A stretch of DNA of 64,000 nt. It comes from Podarcis tiliguerta. Its lineage: Eukaryota. Of the stretch, positions 61,837-64,000 are shown piece by piece; the stretch's first letter is position 1; each line of letters opens with the position of its first letter. Location: assembly GCA_965153285.1 (NCBI GenBank), contig OZ229113.1; one strand, 5' to 3'. The translations under genes were made by a program, and so were the position numbers. The notes beneath the pieces were generated by a model. That model saw only the letters and a program-made list of their open reading frames with translations, was not told the DNA's origin and searched no databases.

Positions 61837-61839
<3 letters not shown>

Positions 61840-61899
<60 letters not shown>
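61840..61899. repeat. (AT)n microsatellite
   Basis: Directly visible. Confidence 0.97.
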
Positions 61900-61901
<2 letters not shown>

Positions 61902-63267
61902 TTGAGTGGGATTTATTTGGGGGCAGAAGAGAGCTGGTAATGTGGAGGTCTTGACTCTTCCTGAGTCAAAGGATAATTATCCAGCCTTTGAGCAAAAGGC
62001 CTTTGAAGCAGGAGGTGGAAATGCGGTCGGTCAGCTTGCCAGAAGCTACTCACTAATTGCGGCAGTGAGTTAATCAATGGAATAAGAGTTTAGCTTCTGG
62101 GTATAATAAAATGAGATAAAAGACCACTCAGAATTTCCACCATTAGGAAAGAGCAGGCACTTGACTGGCACAGATTATTCTCTTGTCTTCCACCTGCCTG
62201 CTTTTGAGGCAACATGAATGTGAGGCTGCCTGACAGCTATTAACAGAATAAAAACACAACAACAAAAGGCATTATTTTTGAGCACAATCAGATATAAATA
62301 TTTACAAAGGCAATTTTAAGGAGTTCTTGCTTATGTTCGACTGTGTTTGCCTTCAAAATATTTAAATTTGGAGACAGATGGCTTGTACAGTTTTATCAGC
62401 ACTTGCGTCATTATATATTCAAGCAGCCAAGACTGATAACCAGATTTATTCTGGATTGTTTGGAGAACAAATAATTTGGGGGTGGGTGGGGGAAGGATGA
62501 TGTTGGGAGGGGAGGAGAATTCAATGAAATACTTCAGCGTGTGGGAGGAAAAAAACTCGATACAGAGATCTCAGTGACGTTTTTATGAAGAAAAGGGAAA
62601 CAAATTAATGTAATTATAAAATTAAAAGCAGCAGGAACAGCTTTAAAGTGGTGTCATTGTATGTGGTGATGAAACAACTTCAGAAAATTGGGAGAAAGCC
62701 ATTGTTTGGTGACAGTGCAGGGAAGAGATAATTACCATTAAGTCAACATTATGCTTCCTTCTTTGTGCAAAGGAATTAAAAAAACAAAGCCAAAAAACCA
62801 AGGCTGTGTGCATTCCAGAAAGCATCCTTTCTCATCTTACTTAGTCCACTCATGATCATAATTTCTCACTTCATCTTACAGTGCCGACCAGGAAGAGATT
62901 TGAGATGGAAGGGGCAGTGTAATTAGAGCAGAAGGGATGAACTCACCCTGGATGGGAAGACGCCAGTTGCAGAGCGTGTCCTTTTGCATCAAGGAGGTTT
63001 TAGCTTTTGGTCTCTGGTATCACTAGTTAAAAAGTCTTTGGTACAGTAGAAACACTGGGAAAACTCTTGCTTGAGACTGCCAGCTGGAGTAGGTTGCAAC
63101 GGGCAAGACTGACCAGTTCTCTGCCTTAGTCCATGGCCGGTTCATATCTGCATGGCTTTGCTCTTTCCTCCAACGAGGCTTGTGTCTGAGTAACTGTGAA
63201 ACAAGTTTGGTTCCCAAAAGGCCCTTGCAGTGTTGCTGATGGTTCGTTGCTATGTTCCAGGGTAGAG

Positions 63268-63269
<2 letters not shown>

Positions 63270-63301
<32 letters not shown>
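63270..63301. repeat. (TG)n microsatellite
   Basis: Directly visible. Confidence 0.97.
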
Positions 63302-63302
<1 letters not shown>

Positions 63303-63358
63303 CACAACCTGTTTCTCTTAGCTGTAGCTCCTAGAAATTTCTGAAATAAAGCCTAGAA

Positions 63359-63480
63359 CAGGCATGCCCAAACTTGGCCCTCCAGCTATTTCGGGACTAC
63401 AACTCCCATCATCCCTAGCTAACAGGATGATGGGAATTGTAGTCCCAAAACAGCTGGAGGGCCAAGTTTGGCCATGCCTG
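63359..63480. mobile_element. hAT-Charlie-like palindromic MITE
   Basis: Perfect TSD GCCTAGAA; long TIR CAGGCATGCCCAAACTTGGCCCTCCAGCT / AGCTGGAGGGCCAAGTTTGGCCATGCCTG. Confidence 0.94.
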
Positions 63481-63912
63481 GCCTAGAACATAACCAACAC
63501 ATTCTGTATCCTGTGGATCTGTATTGTAGTGGGCGGAATCAATACTCGTTTGGAAACCAGGATAAACTTGATGATTCACAGCTTAATGTATGACTTGACT
63601 CTATTTAGAAGACTAAAATGATTTTTTAAAGAAAATCTGTGGTGGTTTATTTAAATGGACAAGTTATCACTTTATGGATACTTGAGTGCTTAGCCTTTAG
63701 TGCTGTGTGCTCCAGCAGCCTCCTTTCTAACTGTCTCTCTCTCACACACTAAAAAGCATCCTCCTCGCCCCCTCAGAAAAGCAGCAGGGCATGGGGTGGA
63801 TAGGGAGCCATGTGCCCCACTTTTCAGACATCAGTCCTCTATTTGATGGTGTCCTTGATTTGAAACAGTTGCTGGGTCCAGTCAGGTTTAAGGCTGAAGA
63901 GGGAGCTGAAAA

Positions 63913-64000
63913 TTGTGCAGTGGGTCAGTGTGTCTGGCTGTTAACCAGAATGTTGGTAATTCAAGCCCCCCCAGGGAAGGTTGTGGGCCGGATTCCTGCA
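63913..64000 (+). mobile_element. SINE with tRNA-Asn(GTT)-derived head and the start of a CR1-type tail (cut by the window end)
   Basis: GGCTGTTAACCAGAATGTTGGTAATTCAAGCCCCCCCAGGGA resembles tRNA-Asn GGCTGTTAACCGAAAGGTTGGTGGTTCGAGCCCACCCAGGGA. It is followed by GATTCCTGCA, as at the start of the CR1 tails. Confidence 0.65.

Overview
Squamate genomic DNA, most likely a lacertid lizard, judged from a Sauria SINE with an (ACCTTT)n tail, a Squam3-like SINE, BovB, L2 and CR1 LINE fragments and lizard-type MITEs. I see no host protein-coding gene: every recognisable ORF is a decayed retrotransposon fragment. The window looks like a large intron or gene desert, with TE clusters alternating with repeat-free, TAAT-rich blocks that may be conserved non-coding elements. 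The most notable observation is a pair of diverged ~566-bp solo LTRs (29498-30064 +, 33236-33800 -) that share colinear peptide motifs encoded mostly by different synonymous codons, which points to an ORF running through the LTR. Also notable: a BovB insertion whose 15-bp TSD encloses ~145 bp of foreign sequence plus a second BovB tail; a complete 1.1-kb TSD-flanked non-autonomous L1-like element; SINEs with different tRNA heads on the same CR1-type tail; two Ngaro/DIRS-like remnants; and several nested insertions. All family names come from recognition by eye, not from database searches.
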